Shown here piece after piece: positions 25,221 to 37,144 of a stretch of DNA of 62,492 nt (positions are counted from its first letter, which is position 1; each line of letters opens with the position of its first letter). The notes beneath the pieces are model-generated. The model was not told the DNA's origin. It searched no databases and worked only from the letters and a program-made list of their open reading frames with translations. The translations under genes were made by a program, and so were the position numbers. Source of the DNA: Rhizaria sp. SCN 62-66 (lineage: Eukaryota); the NCBI GenBank assembly GCA_001724265.1, contig MEDY01000148.1, positions 1-62,492 of the forward strand, written 5' to 3'.

Positions 25221-28200
25221 TCACTTCTGAGCCTTGCTGTTCGCTCTGCCATTCGCCCCCTTGCCACCACCACCGCTGCTGCTACTGCTGCTGCCCATGT
25301 TGCGGTGGAATGAGTTTGTGCTGTGGGGCCGCGAGTCCATCGGAGTGTTATTCGCGCTCAGCGCCTTGCCAGTCCACGCGCCGCCGCGAGGGTTCGCGCC
25401 CTTGCCGGGACTGGCGACCCCTTGGGTACTTGCGAAGCTCACAGCGTCACCGCCGCCGCCGGCAGGGTGGGGGTTGCGCCACTGAGACTGCCGGTCAGAC
25501 TCGGACAGCTTGCGCGGGCGACCTTGTTGTGGCGTTTGTGACTGCTGCTGCCGCGGCTTCTGAGCCTGACTGCCCTGCCCGCGCGCCGCCTGCTGCTGGT
25601 GACCGCTGTTGTCGTACTGGGGGGCGTAGCCGCCGACCGCAGCAACGTCGGGCGCGGGCAGCTGCGTCAGCGTCGCCCTCACATCCTGCAGTTGCTGAGT
25701 CTGGTCATACTGATCATACTGGTACTGCTGCTGCTGCTGCGCCTGCTGCTGGTGCTGCTGCGTCTGCAGCACGTCGATCTGCTGCCGCATCATCGCCGTC
25801 GTGGCTTCGTCGACGCCCTCGAGCATCTGCACCTGCTGCAGCAACGCCAGGTAGTCTGCAAGCGAGACCACGTTGCCCAGTGCGTCGACGACGACGGCGC
25901 TGCCCATTGCGGTCGCGTCCGGCGCTGCATCGGCGGCGCCGTAGCCCAGGTCAGTACCCGTGACCGTACTCGTGACATCCATGGCGCCCGTGCTGTCGTA
26001 GTAGCCGGCGTTGGTGTTGTAACCCAAGGCCTGAGCGTCGCCGTACGCGCCGCCCATCTCCTGCTGCTGCTGACTGTAGTAGCTGCTGCTGAGGGGCGCG
26101 TGGTTGGGCGAGGCCGACTGCGACAAGAGCGACACGGCCGGCGGCAGCGCGATCGGCCCGTCCGAGCCCGCACGCGCGCCCCGAGTCGTAGGCGCGCCTG
26201 CCGCACCCATCGCATTCGCCGCTGCTGCGTTCTTGACGTTGGCGTTGGCGGTGGCGTTGCTGCCGTACGAGGCCAGCGTCGTCGTGTGTGCGAACGCGTC
26301 GGCCGCGGCCGCGGTCGCGGCGGCGGCGGCGCTCGCGGCGGCAGCGACCAGTGGCGGCGACGCCAGCGGGCCCAGCCGCGGTGACAACGCAGCGTTGGCC
26401 ATAAGGGCCGCGGCGACGAGCGGGGACGCGCCCGCCGCGACGGCCGCCGCCTCGCCGCCAGCGCCCCCCGCCTGCGTACCATGGGTGTGATGCGGCGAGG
26501 ACACGGGGCCCGCGTGGGGTGACGCCAGAGGAGTCAGGAAGCCAGGCGGGGGCGCACCGGCGGCGGGCCGCGCATAGGCGCCAGAGCCCGGGCGCACGGC
26601 AGCGCCGGAGCCCGGGCGCATGGCAGCGCCGGAACCTGGGCGGAAGCGCGCGGGGGACGCCGCAGGCAGCAGCAGCCCGGAACCTGTCCCCACTGCAGCG
26701 GAGTTGGCGTGAAGCGCGGTTGACAGGGGGGAGCCAACGGCGGCGCCCGCGCCTGGGGGCTGCTGCTGTTGTTTGCGAGGGCTGAAGGCGTTGCCGCCGG
26801 CGATGTTGGAGCCCAGCGACGACGACAGCGCAAAGTCGCCCGTATCAGCGCTCGTCGCATTCGCGTTGGCGCTGGCGTTGGCGGCAGGGATTGAGCTGTT
26901 GAAGAAGTACCCTTCAGCGTTTGCGTTCACCGTAGTATCACCAGCCGCCACCGTAGCCAGACTGGCGTTGGTCGGCTTGCCGCCGTTGCTATCTTTGCTG
27001 CCGGGGGTCTTGAGCGCGCTGTCGATGGGCGACACGAGCGCAGACACGAGCGCGATCGATGACGAGAGGGAGTCGGCACGCGTGAGTAGCGGTGCCGGCC
27101 GCGGAATGATCGGCCGCGGCGGCGTGCCCAGGGCGTTAACCGTCGCCGCGGCAAGCTCGAGCTCGCGCGCCAGCACGGCGTCGGCGTCAGCCTCGGTGAC
27201 ATCGCCATCGCCGCAGCCGAAGTCACCGCCGAGCTCAGTGATATCCTCACCAGTATTGGAGGCGGCGGCGGCGGCGGCGGCGGTATGGGCGTTCGCGGCG
27301 GAGACGGCGTCGGTCGTGGCGGAGTCGGCCGTGCTGCGCAGCGGCGACGGCGGAGCCAACACCGGCGTGTCGGCCTCGCTTGCAACGGACGCCGCCACGG
27401 CGCCGGGCGCAACGCCGACCGCGACGGACACGGCGATGCCGGTGACGCCCGCAGCGCTGCCGCTGCCGCTGCCGCTGTAGCTGTTGACGGAAGCGGCGCG
27501 CGGCGACTGTGACGACTGCGAGGAGGGGATGTTGGGCGACACTGACGACGCCTGCGTGAGCACCGAGGCCAGCAGCCCGTTCGCGGGCGCGCCGCCTAGC
27601 CGCGCGCGGCCGCGCGCCTGCGGCTGAGGCAGCGGCGTCGGCATCACGAGCATCTGGTCGTTCTCTGCGCCAGCGTCCGCCGCCGCTGCTGCTGAGTCAG
27701 CAGCCGCAGCTGCAGCGGAGGCGGCAATCATGCGCGCTTCGGTCTCCGCCTCGGCTGCCGCGACCGCGGCGGCGGCGGCCATGGACTGGGCGTGCGCTTG
27801 CGCAAACGCCGCGTGCGCGTGGGCCTGGAGCACGAGCCGCTGGCGCTCGAGCTCGGCGCGCTGCTGCTCAAACTGGCGCTGCGCCTCGAACTGCGCGGCG
27901 CGGATGTGAGCGTTCTCGGCCTCGGCGGCCGCGGCGGCCTCGGCCTCGGCCTGCGCCTGCGCTTGCACCTGCGCCTGCGCCTGCGCCAGGAACGCCAACA
28001 TGTGGCCCGGGGGCACCGCAGACGCGGCGGGGGCGGTCGCCAGGTGACCGTGGGCGCCCGCGCCGCCCATCGTGCCGCCCAAGTGACCGTGGGCAGCGAG
28101 GTGACCGTGGGCGGCCAGGTGACCGTGGGCGGCGACCGTGGGCTGCTGCGGGAACCCTGTCGCCATCATGCCGCCGGCTCCGACGTAGGGCCCGTTGACC

Positions 28201-28899
28201 CCGCCGTTGTATCCACCACCGTACGCAACATCAGGGCCCGTGAAACCCGCGCCGTTGGGGGGCACGCCCGCGCCCGCGAGCCCCATGTTCGCGTTGTTGC
28301 CTACGTTGACGTTGACGTTCGCGTACATGTTGCCGTAGTGAGGAGCGCCGTATGACGAGGTCACGGCGTTGGCGGCGGCCACGGCGGCGGCGGCCGCGGC
28401 GGCGAGCGCGTTGTTGTTGGCGGCGGCGACCGCGGCGGCGGCCACGGCGGCGGCATTGGCGCTGACGTTTGACACTGCGGCCGTGGCGGCGTCGGCGTGC
28501 ATGGTCAGGTACGTCCCGTCGGTGTTGGACGCGTTCATCAGCATCAGCATCCCGGCATTACCACCGCCACCGCCGTTGTTGCTACTCGACGCGGCATTCG
28601 CGGTGGAGCCAGCGCCAGCGCCCGTGCCAGCAGGGTTTTGACGCGAGCGCGTCTGTTGCTTCGCGCTCGCAGTCCACTGCTGCTTCGCGCCACCCTGCAT
28701 CTGCACCGGCTGCTGCTGCTGAAGCTGCTGCTGCTGTTGTTGTTGCTGTGCAGTGTTGATCATCACGTTGTTGCTGCTGTTGCTGGTTGAGGAAGCAGCG
28801 GTGCGCGCGCGCGCACTGTTCACGCTACTGTAATTGTTGTTATTGTTGTTATGCACACCGGTGACATCACGCTTCAAACCCTGTTGCTGCTGCATCTGC

Positions 28900-28931
<32 letters not shown>

Positions 28932-30067
28932 GAACTGCGCAGCGAATGCGAGCTGACTTGGCGCCGTCACAGCCGCCGTGCTCCCGCCAGCGCTGCTCTT
29001 GGCCCCTGTCACAGTGTTGCCAGCAGCAGCAGCGGCTGCGGCAGCAGCGGCTGCAGCAGTGGACGCGGCGGCGGGCGGCGCGGTGCGCGCGGCGAGGAAC
29101 GCCTTTGCTAGTGAGCTGGGGTCGCGCAGCAGCGCGGGGTCATTGAGTCCCAGAGCAGCGAGCTGAGCCGAGAGCAGCTGGTACCCGCCGCGGCGGCCGG
29201 AGTGGTTCACTGCGATGGCCGCCGTCGGGACGGGCACTGGACCTGGGGCTGAGACCGGCGCAACGGAGGCGGCAGCGGCGGCGGTGGGCACCGGCTGCGG
29301 CTGCTGTTGTTGTTGCTGTTGTTGTTGCTTCTTGGCCTTGGTGCTCCTGTTTGTGGTGGCGGTGGCGGCGGCGGCAGGTTTGGTGACGCCGTCGACGTCG
29401 TTGTCTTTGACGCTCTTGTCAGCACTGCTGCTGCTGCTGCTGCTGCTGATCTGATCGTCGTCGCCGTCGGCAATTACGACGACAACACCGGTCGCAGTTG
29501 CGGCAGCAGCAGTCGGCGCATCGGCACCGGCAGGCTTAGCGGCACTGTCCTTGACAACAATTGCAGCAGCGCCGGAATCCTTCGCCTTCGCGCAAACGGA
29601 CCTGTCGGCGTTTGCACCGGCGGCATCAGTCTGCGTTGCAGCATTTGCAACAGACTCAACAAGAACATGAGCAGCGGTCTTGTCAGCCTTTTTCGCACCG
29701 CTCGGGCTGGCAATATTTGCAGCAATCTTGCTGTTCTCAGTGTGACCTCTAGTCCCTGCATTCGCATTCGCGGGCGCAGCGGCAGCCGCAGTAGCAGCAG
29801 CAACAGGCTTCGCAGCCTTCAATGTGGAGGGCATGGGCGCCGCCATTGGTGGCATGCTAGGGCCGGAGCCGATGCCTGCGCCAGAGCCTGAGCCCGCGGC
29901 GGCGGCCGCCGCGGCTATCGCGGCCGCGGCGGCAGCGGCGGCGAGCTGGTCGGCGACTGAGTACACCGTTGGTGGCGTCGCCACCAGCATGCTGCGCACC
30001 GCGGCGCCGGCCCCCGCCGCGCTACTGTGGGTCGCCTGCGACTGAGATGAGGGCTGCGTGTGCGGGA

Positions 30068-30102
<35 letters not shown>

Positions 30103-31816
30103 TGTTGATGTTGCCTCCGCTGCTGCTTGTCGTTGTTCAAGCCAGCCTTGGCCAATGTGTTGCCGCTGCCGACATTGTTGTGCGCGACAGCAGTCTGTGG
30201 CGGCAGCTGCGGCGGCGAGAGGAGAAAGCGCGCCTCGTCCGCCGCCGCCGCCGCCGTCGCTATGGCCGCCGCCGCCGCCGCGGGATCCGCAGCCGCCGAA
30301 GCTGCGGCCGCGGCCGCGGCCGCCGACGCCGCGGCCGCGGCTGCCGCGGAGACCTTGGTCGACGCGGCGTCGCGCGCGAACTTGACGATGGCGGCCTCGT
30401 GGCTGCCGCCGATGTGCTGGCCATCGCAGTGCAGGATCGCAGACAGCGCGGCCTGCAGCGAGTTGAACTGGACAAAGCCGACGTTGCGGGACTCGCCGTT
30501 GCCGTCGAACAACACCTTACAGTTCATCACCGTGCCGTAGGTGGAGAAGAAGCGCTGCAGCTCGAGCCGGCCCCACGCGTGGGGGAGCCCGGCCACGTAG
30601 ACGTTGGTCTTGGCAGTCTCCGCCCCCGCCGGCGCACCACCCGCCCCAGCCGCCGCCACAGAGGCCGCCGCAGCGCCGGGGCCCTGATGCTGCTGCTGCA
30701 GAGAGGACTCAGCGTGCGCGTGTGCGGCGTCGGGGCGCGAGTGCGTGACCGGCGATACCTTGAGCACTTTGCCCAACAGGTAGGTCCCGTTGAGGGCGCG
30801 CGTGGCGGCAGTCGCGGCGGCCGCGGTGGCGAAGGTGACGAAGCCGTACCCCAGCGAGGCGCCCGTGCTGGCGTTCCGCATCACGCGGCACGTCTGGATG
30901 TCGCCGTGGGGCGAGCACAGGCGCCGCAAGTCGTCCTAGACGGGACCAAGATGAACACATGTGGGAGTGCGAGCGAGTGAGAGAACGTGCATGGCGTTGA
31001 TATTAGGGCGGGCGTATTGAGGTTAACGAGGATCATTTTGGAAATGAAGGCAATTGTTCAGTAAATTTTTTTTTTTTTTTTTTTGTTTTGTTAAGTATGA
31101 GTGACCAAGCGTACCGTTGTGAGTGAAGGAGGCAGAAACTTGACAATGAGGTGCAGCGGGTTGTCAACGGCGCCGCCGCCGCCAATGGTGGAGCCAGCGC
31201 CGCTGCTGTTGTTGTTCGCTGCTTTGTTGGCAGCGCTCTTCGCTTTCGGCTGCTGCTGCTGTTGCGGCTGTTGATGTTGTTGTTGTGGGGGCGCAATGCC
31301 AGCGGCAGTGGCAGAAGCAGCAGGAGCAACAACAGCAGAAACAGCAGCGGCAGCGGGGGTGCCGCTCACACTCGCGGGAGCAGTCGCCGCCGCTGCAGAG
31401 TCAGATGTCGAAACAACAGCTGAAGTGTCACTACCGCCAGCGGCAGACGCGGCAGCAGCAGCAGCAGCAGCGGCGGCGGCGGCGGCGGCGGCGGCCTTCT
31501 TTTGTCTCTTGCTCAGCTTCTTGGGACCATCAGCTGCAACACCAGCTGCCGCCTCAGCTCCAGTCTCGGCCTCGGGATCAGTCGTGGCCTCGGTATAACC
31601 CGCGGGCCCTACAGTCGCATTCGCCGGTTGAGCGTCAACGGGGATGGTGGCGGGAGCGCTAGCGCCAGCACTGGCGCTCTCCGGCGCAGCGACAACCGCA
31701 GTCGAAGCACCATGAGCAGCGCCAGGAGTGCCATCAGCAGCTGCTGCTGTTGCAGAGGGGGCGCTGGCGCTGTTTCGCTGCGCGGCTGCGGCGACGGTAG
31801 TCGACATCTCGGGCAT
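25221..31816 (-). CDS. ELAV/Hu-like RNA-binding protein with two RRMs and a very long Ala/Gln-rich tail (~2,138 aa); exons 31816-31115, 30935-25221
   Basis: RRM1 LIVKFLPPSLTT|DDLRRLCSPHGDIQTCRVMRNASTGASLGYGFVTF; RRM2 NVYVAGLP...RNVGFVQF...VKFA. TGA stop. Confidence 0.8.
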
Positions 31817-32716
31817 CGGCTCGCGCGTCGTCACAGAGCGCACGTTGCTTAGTTATGACAACAGAAACTTGTTTGTGGTCACGTCACGTGCAAGACCGAC
31901 GTGGAGGCGGAGCTTGCAGAGGAGATATGCGGATTAAAAAACACAACTCACACGGGCTGGCCAGAGGCAAGAGCGCGCTGTGGTCAAACTACTATGCGGG
32001 CTGCACGCTGCGACACAGCTGCGGTGAGTCAGGCACAACAGGCAGAGACGCGGCAGGCGAGGGGAAAAAGGTGGGGACAGAGCACGTTCGCGGCCGGGGA
32101 GAGCGGCGACTGCTGTCGGAGGAGACTCGAAGGTCTGGGGAGGCAACAGAGAGCAGGTCGGAATCATGGGGTGAGCTGCTGTGATGCGCAAACGGGATTT
32201 AACACAAAATGTCATCATAGAGCGTGTTTATGGATCTCCGGGGACCGCGGCGGAGCTTTAAAGGGTTTAGGGCTCATTAGGCATTGGTACTATGCCAGCT
32301 ATATGCACTCCATTAGGCAAATTGTTTTAATTTCTTGTAGAAACATTTCTGTTAAATATCATACTTCACAACTGTTGCTACTGTCGGACGAAATGGCGCG
32401 GTGTATATGTTTTCGTTTTCGAGCTTACCTCGACGAAGAACTGAACTTGCATGGTCACGATCACCAACCACTGCGAGTCGGCGGTCAGACGAATGACCGT
32501 GCGCACTTCCAGTCAGTCCGCGATCGGTCAGTGGCGAACTTCGCGCCAACAAAGACCCCACTTGGTTCTCCATATCCAATCGTCATTTGGAAGTGCTACC
32601 TTATCGCGCAAATTTAAATTGAAATTCACGTTTTTTCCCGAAATTGTGTTTTCTAACCTTGCTTATTCACCTCTTTACGCTCTGTTTCCTGATGCCGAGC
32701 AGCAGCTCTCTTCGCG

Positions 32717-34121
32717 ATGCCACCCAAGGCCAAGAAGGCTTCCGCTTCCTCCGGCGCTGCTGGCTCCGGTGCCGAGGCCGACTCCGCGCCGACCCTCCAT
32801 GTTCCCGCATGCTTTTCTGGCAAGGACTTCTACGCCGTGCTCGATGTGCCGAAGACCGCGACTGTGGAGGAGATCTCCAAGGCGTACAAGACTCTGTCGC
32901 TCAAGCACCACCCCGACCGCAACACCGAGTCTACGACGGCGACGGAGGAGTTCCAGTACCTGGCCAAGATCCACGAGACGCTGACCAAGGACCCGCGCCG
33001 CCGCGCGCAGTACGACAAGCACGGCGACGTCTCCGCCGCGGAAAACACTGAAGGCTTCTTCGATGCGTACGAGTACTGGCGCGAAGTGTTCCCGGAGCTC
33101 AACGTCAACGACGTGGACGAGTTCGAGAAGACCTACGTCGGCTCCGCAGACGAGGAGGAGGATGCTATCTCGGCCTGGGAAGAGTGCAAGGGCGACTTCG
33201 GCGTCATGATGACATCGTATCTGTTGTTTTCATCGCTCGAGTCGCTGCCGCGCCACACTGAGCTCATGAAGCGGTTGATCGCTGAGAAGAAGGTCAACAT
33301 GGCCTACGTTGATAAGTTCAACAAGACGCTGCCCACCGCTGCGGCCAAGATCACCAAGTTCGAGAAGGAGCAGGCTGCCCTTAAGAAGGTACGTTAACAC
33401 AACTCAATCTCACTGATGTGTTACTCACTATTTTCGCCACATGAAGGACAAATTCAAGTGTTTTTTTTTATTTATTTCTAATCTCAATGCTTATTGTAAT
33501 CAAATGCCATTAGTACCATGACATTGTCCTTTTAACGTAAGTTCAACTAATCACGTTGACATTTTTTACCTGCTTTGACTTTGTTCCTTCCTTTAGGCCG
33601 AGGAGGAGGAGGCCGCCGCGGCCAAAGCTTCTGGCAAGAGCGCCAAGTCGAAGAAGCCTGACATGGCAGCGCTGATGCAGATGCTGATGGCGCAGAAGGG
33701 CGGCGCCGACAACATGTTCGACATGATCGCGGCTAAGTACGGCGACAAGTCTAAGGGTGCTGCGAAGCCCGCCGCGGCCAAGGGTAAGGGCACTAAACGC
33801 GCTGCGCCGTCGAAGAAGGGCTCGAGCAAGCACGGCGATGATGACGATAATGATGACGATGATGATGATGAGAGCGCGAGCGACGATGTCAGTGGAAGCG
33901 ACTACGGCGACGACGACTACGACAGCGAGGATGACGACGAGGCCATCAAGAACATGTCACCCTCGAAGCGGCCCGTGCCCGCCAAGGAGGGCGCGCGCAA
34001 GATCCTCGCCAAGAGCGCCTCGGCCGCGATCGCCGCTGCCGTTGCTGCCGCCGCCGCGACCAAGGGCGGCAAGGCTAAGGGTCCGCGTAAGATCTCTCTT
34101 GCCGGCCTCAAGAAGAAGTGA
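32717..34121 (+). CDS. DNAJC9: DnaJ protein, DNAJC9-like; exons 32717-33388, 33597-34121
   Basis: J-domain (DFYAVLDV...KHHPDRN) followed by FEKTYVGSADEEEDAISAWEECKGDF, typical of DNAJC9. TGA stop. Confidence 0.8.
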
Positions 34122-34361
34122 ACAGATTGCGATTTGCTAACAAGGCGGTATGTCTCCTGTTCTTGCGTGCTCTGTGTGAGCTTCTGTGACTAAACATACT
34201 CGGATGGTCTGTGACACGGCACTTTATCTTATCATTTTACGGCCTAATACATCAAGTATTGAAATCAGTAGTTTCCTTTGTATTCAATCAAAACGTTACT
34301 GTCCACTTTTGCGCAGTTAATATTAAAGCTCGCATGCCATCTAAGTACCTCCTACATCCTC

Positions 34362-36700
34362 TTACATCGCGCTCCAACGCGGGTTCTGCACCACCACCTT
34401 GTCGCTCTTGAGCGCCTCCACTTCCTGCTCGCTCAGCCCCAACACCTCGGTCAGCACAACCTCCGTGTGCTGGCCCAGGAACGGCGGCGGCCGGCGCGCG
34501 TGCATCGGCAGCTGCACTTCGCCGGCCCGCACAGTCACGGGGCACTTGTTGCCTACGGCTGTCGCCGAGCTGCTGGCGCTGGTCAGAGAGGCGACAAGTG
34601 CGGATGCCTCAGTCATGTACGTGTTCGACGACGACGCAGCCGAAGGAGTACTTACATCGGCACTTACATCCGCACTAGTATTCAGTGGACGGTAGATCTT
34701 CACAGCGGGGCCAATCAACGCCAACTGGGTCCCTTGCTCCTGCTTCTCAGCGCTCGACGCTGGCGCTGCCTCAGCCTCGCATTCAGCGCGCGACTGCGGG
34801 TAGTCGACGAACTGCACCATCCCCCGGCTCAGCACCTGCGGGTGGTTCATTGTCTCGGCGACCGTGAGCACGGGTGCCACGGGCACGCCCAGCCCCGCCA
34901 GCGCCGTCAGCACGGCGCCCGCGTCGGCCGTGCGCAGACGTGCCGTGATCAGCGGCAGCAGCGCCGACTGGTGCTGCACGCGTAGTGGGTTGGTCGCGAA
35001 CCGAGGGTCGGCGGCGACGTCCGGGAGGTCCAGCCCGTCGGGACCGACAAGGAGCTTGAACTGCTTGTTGTTCAGCGCGCCCACGGCAATAAACCGGGGC
35101 GGCTCATTGGGAACAGCAGCGTTCGCACTAGCGGGACTATTCGCGGAGTTAGCGTTCGAGTCGCTCTTGCTGTTGTTGCTGTTGTCACCGGCGGTACTCG
35201 AGCTGTGGCCGCCGATAGGGAAGCACTGGTAAGGCACGATGGAGCCGTGCGCCGTGCCGCGGCGCTGCGAGACAACGCCCGCGGCGAGATACACCTGCGC
35301 AATGTTGGCCAGCGCGGCGACCTGGCACTCGAGCAGCGACGTCACCACACGCGCACCATCGGCGTATCCATCGCTCTTGGCACCAACACTACTCGCTGTG
35401 AAAGCGGACAGTTCTTGTGCTGCTGCTGCAGCGGTGACGGCGGAGGCCGCGCTGATGCGCGTGGGCCGGCAGCCCTGCTTGGCGGCCACGGCGGCCGAGG
35501 CCTGCGAGCCTGCGGCGCGCGCCTGCTGCTCCGTGTTGCCGGCCAGCAGTGCGGCGACAGTAGCCTCGAGCTAAGCTTCACGGCGACTGGCGCGGCGCGC
35601 GCGCTGCGCGGACAGAGAGGCCAGCACCGAGGACAACGTGTTGAGACCTGTGATGACGTCGGTCAGTGCCGCACCGGGGCGCGCCTGTAGTCGAACCGTA
35701 TCGTTGACGTAGAGTTGAAGTGCAACAAGAATTGAGTACAATGATCAAGAGCTGCATATGAACTAACAGTTACAATTGTTTGACGAAAAATAGCACACAA
35801 TCACCCCATAATAAGGTCGCCTCGACTCATGATTTGTATAGTTGTGCATATGCGTGTGACATCGATGCACAAAGACGACTAACGTACCGGAGCATCAGGC
35901 GCACCCGTGACACCCAGCAGCCCGCCGAGCGAGCTGGCCATAACGTCATATCCGGCGGTAGCGCGCATCACGCCGCTCTCGCCGTAGCCCGAGATCGAGG
36001 CGTAGATCAGGTTGGGGTTTTCCCTGGTCAAATCATCGAATCCCAGTCCCAGCTCGTCGAGCTTGCCCGGGATGTAGTTCTCGACGACGACGTCGCACTG
36101 GCGGGCAAGCTGCTTCACCAGGGCAACGCCGCGCGGGGACTTAAGGTCCACCGCAATCGAACGCTTGTTGCGGTTCAGGGCGAGGAAGTACGCGGCCTCG
36201 CCACGGAACCCCGACTCAGCAGCACAGCTCGCAGTCGAAGCTGTGGCAGTCGCGTGATTGGCTGCAGCGGCAGGAGGCTTTGCGGTAAGCGCAGAGATGT
36301 CGTAGGGGTTCTGGAGCTGCTTGCGAAACTCCACAGTGCTCTGTGTCAGCGGCGCGGGCTTGTCTGCGCTGAAAAAAGGCGGCCCCCACTCGCGCGTGTC
36401 GTCGCCGCCAGTCGGGTTCTCGATCTTGATCACCTCGGCGCCGAGGTCGCCCATCAGCATCGTGCAGTACGGGCCCGCGAGCACGCGCGTGAGATCCAAA
36501 ACGCGCACGCCCAATAGGGGAAGCTCTGTCAGACCAGGCGCGGGCGGCGTGGACTGCGCAGCGCTGGTCGCGGTGGTGGAGAACAGGCGAGGACGGGAGT
36601 GCCGAGGGGGGGCCAGGAGATTGCTGGAGCTGCATACTGCAACTGCGCTCGCAGCAGAGCCGATGCGCATAGCACGGCGAGTGGCGCACAGTGCGAACAT
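34362..36700 (-). CDS. CaiB/BaiF family III CoA-transferase (SUGCT-like), probable mitochondrial presequence; exons 36700-35888, 35684-34362; in-frame TAG at 35571-35573
   Basis: [64 protein letters not shown] (catalytic Asp region), [37 protein letters not shown]. Arg-rich N-terminus. TAA stop. Confidence 0.9.
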
Positions 36701-37144
36701 GTTCTGTGAAGAGCGTGTCTTGGTTCTATGACTGGCCGATCACGCCTGGGAGCTGTGATGTTGTCGGGTGGACAACTTGAGAGTGACATAGGATGTGAAG
36801 AACAAGATATGTGGGCTAGGAACAGGTCAAAGCAAAGTGTTGCAAAAATATAATTGATAACCCGTTATTTTAAAACTAAAACATTCTGATAAACCGTTGT
36901 TGACGATCAAAGCACAGAGTTATTCAAAGTTCCGATAAGGCTTGTCGGTGGGGATGTGTGTCCGATCCCACCAACATGTTGGACTTATTTAGAACCATCA
37001 CACAAATCCACATTGCATATGAAAATGTAGATGCCACTTTTTGTACACATAATGAGCTGCATGTATTTATCTAAAACCATGCTTCGTATCTCCTTCGTTT
37101 TACTGCAGAAGTCGCACTACCCCTCCACGTCCCACTCGAGCGGC

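Noticed and set aside
36943..36982. Imperfect hairpin and CCAACATGTTGG palindrome in a divergent spacer
   Set aside because: Short, imperfect, not seen in the other spacers; compatible with chance.
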